DNA of 64,000 nucleotides from Flaccisagitta enflata (taxonomy: Eukaryota): assembly GCA_965153355.1 (NCBI GenBank), contig OZ231126.1, positions 4,216,001 through 4,280,000 of the forward strand, written 5' to 3'. The position numbers and the translations under genes are program-made. Below, in pieces: positions 61,719 through 64,000 of the stretch. How positions within the stretch are numbered: position 1 is the stretch's first letter; every line of letters starts with the position of its first letter. The notes below the pieces were generated by a model. It was not told the origin of the DNA and did no database searches. It saw only the letters and a list, made by a program, of their open reading frames with translations.

Positions 61719-63586
61719 AAAAGAAGAAAAAAAGTAATGCAGCCGAAAAAAAGAAGGTAAAGAAGAAGAGTGATACAAAAAGAAACAAGGCCAAGAAGGC
61801 TGAGGATGAGTCCTCTTTTAACAAATGTTTTTTGCGAATGAATGTTTTTTATGAATGAATGTTTTTATGAATCTATGACATTTATGAATGAATGAATGAT
61901 TTGTTGAATGAATCATTTCATGTATGCCAGTTTCACTGGATTGGTACCACTTTTTTACTGACCAACAGACAATCCAACCAACCAACGGACACAGGCTATT
62001 ATAGAGATGTGAGGATGCAGCTAAAAAAGAGGGAGTGAGAAAAAAGAAAAGTTAGAAATAGAATTCAGGGTATGACAGAAAGATGCAAACAACTTCCCTC
62101 CTCCTGCATTAAAAAAAAATCCGATCAAGAAAATAGCTTCCATGGCAGCTTACCTGCAAACGTCTCAGCAGCAGCTCTTCAACTGCAGCAACCCAAAACG
62201 ACAGCAACAGCAGCAACAGCAGCAACAGCATCAGCAACAGCACCTACTCAAAACGACGGCAACACATCGTAAAAGTTTATTAATGACTTATTGTAGCGCG
62301 GGTGAGAGTCTTCAAGCGTCCGTGACAGCTTCATGGTCTGTCCGTCAGTCCATTTCTAGATGGACTAATGAAAGAACTACAGGCTTTTCTAGTTCAGCAA
62401 GTAGTTTGTTTTGTTTTGTTTTGTTTTTTTGTTGTTTTTTTTTTAATTTTGTATTCATGTTTTCTTTTTTGTTTTTTTGTTTTTTTTGTTTTTTTGTGTT
62501 TTTTTTCTTATGACAACTTTCAGGCCTGTCCATCGGTCCGTCGACATATACATGCGTTAATCCATCCGTCCGTCCACCTTGTTTATTGATTAAGCGTAAT
62601 TTTTGCGTTGCCGCTCCTGACAAATTGCCAAACTAACCTTCTACTAATGTATTACTGTTGTACCTACTGAAGTACTGGCCCTACCCACCGCACGGTACCA
62701 AGAATGCCGCGCATCCGGCATTGATAAGTTGACTGGCCAGCTCAATGCCTTAATTAGCCTTTTCATCATTGCCCTTGCCCACCCACACATTATCATAGGC
62801 TTCAACTAGTTTTGCCCCATTTCGAATTTCCTCATCTCTCTTTCTCCACAACTGTTCCTTTGTCTTTGATCAACTTGCTCCTTCTTCATCTTCATCTTCT
62901 TCATCTTCATCTTCATCTTCTTCTTCTTCCTCTCCTTCTCTTTCCTCCCCACCACCAGCTACATCACCCTTCCATCATCCTTCCATCACCCCTCCATCAG
63001 TCTCCCATCACACGGTCCGCATCTCGCGCCTTACTTAACTGTCACCCAAGGAGGTGAGTACACACATAGAGTCAACCTCCACGTCAGTGGCTTTTTTTTT
63101 CAATCACTTGGGCGGCAACAGCAGCAGCAACAGCAACAGCAGTAACAGCAGTAGCAGCGAATGCAGCTGTCAAGGATCTTTTTTTTGAAGGTGATGGAAA
63201 GGCAGCGGCGTTGTACTGGCAAATGATTACGTTGAGGCTTTTTCTGTTTGCACAACTCCTTACCAACCTCAACATCTTTCCATTCTTCCTCCTCCTTATC
63301 CTCCTCCTCCTCCTCCTCGTCCTTCTCCTCCTCCTCTTCCTCTTTCACCTTACCCTCGATTTTACGCCCTCTTAAATCATCGTGGGGATGGGCAAAGAAA
63401 AAAAAAGGATAAAAAAGGAGGTTAAAAAGTAAATGAAAAAGCAAAAGAAGAAGAACAAGAAGAAGAAAATGAAAAACAAGAAGAACAAGAACATGAAGAA
63501 CAATAACAAGAACATGAAGTAAGAAATAAGCAGAAGAAGAAGAAGAAGAAGAAGAAGAAGAAGAAGAAGAAGAAGAAGAAGAAGAA

Positions 63587-63630
<44 letters not shown>

Positions 63631-64000
63631 GGAAGAATAAGGAGAATAGAAAAAGAAAATGAAGGAAAATAGCTAACGAAGGAGAAAACCATAAAAATCC
63701 TGGCCACGTTGGACAATGAACACATATTTGACATGGTGACATTTTACTGTTTGTGATAACTTTTAATGTTACACTCGGTGACAAATTTCGATGATGAATT
63801 TTTGGGAGATGACATTGGACCCAACGATGGACTTGCTTTTCTGTTTGATTTAAAGCAAAAGATAAGTCGATATCAAACCACATTAATAATTTCGAGCTTC
63901 AAAACTTAGTTCCCACTTACGAAACGTATTTAGCCTTCTTTCTCTTGTTACTAAACTAAATAACCTTTTATGTTCAACGTTTCACCAATTTCAATCGTTC

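Overview
This is eukaryotic (probably invertebrate metazoan) genomic DNA, rich in microsatellites and transposons; most ORFs in the supplied track are simple-repeat artefacts. The supportable genes are spliced: two divergent class A-like 7TM GPCR paralogues on the - strand (23.8-27.0 kb and 28.2-30.1 kb), a truncated GPCR copy at 49.8-50.3 kb, the last three exons of a TTC12-like gene, and an essentially complete DYNC2LI1. A 5'-truncated RLE-type non-LTR retrotransposon sits in a (TC)n tract. The window is dominated by a large inverted duplication (~7.3-24.4 kb vs 49.8-64.0 kb), which may instead be two haplotypes; its arms differ by many filled/empty transposon sites. The strongest signals concern intron birth: (1) a 274-nt GT-AG intron that appears built from a PIF/Harbinger-type MITE plus a 19-bp exon duplication, absent from the paralogue; (2) paralogues with non-overlapping intron positions, AG|GT-biased junctions and tandemly duplicated splice sites. 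A separate signal is a 242-bp Transib-like MITE with near-canonical 12-RSS (V(D)J-like) termini and a 5-bp TSD. All gene models were derived by hand; no database searches were run.
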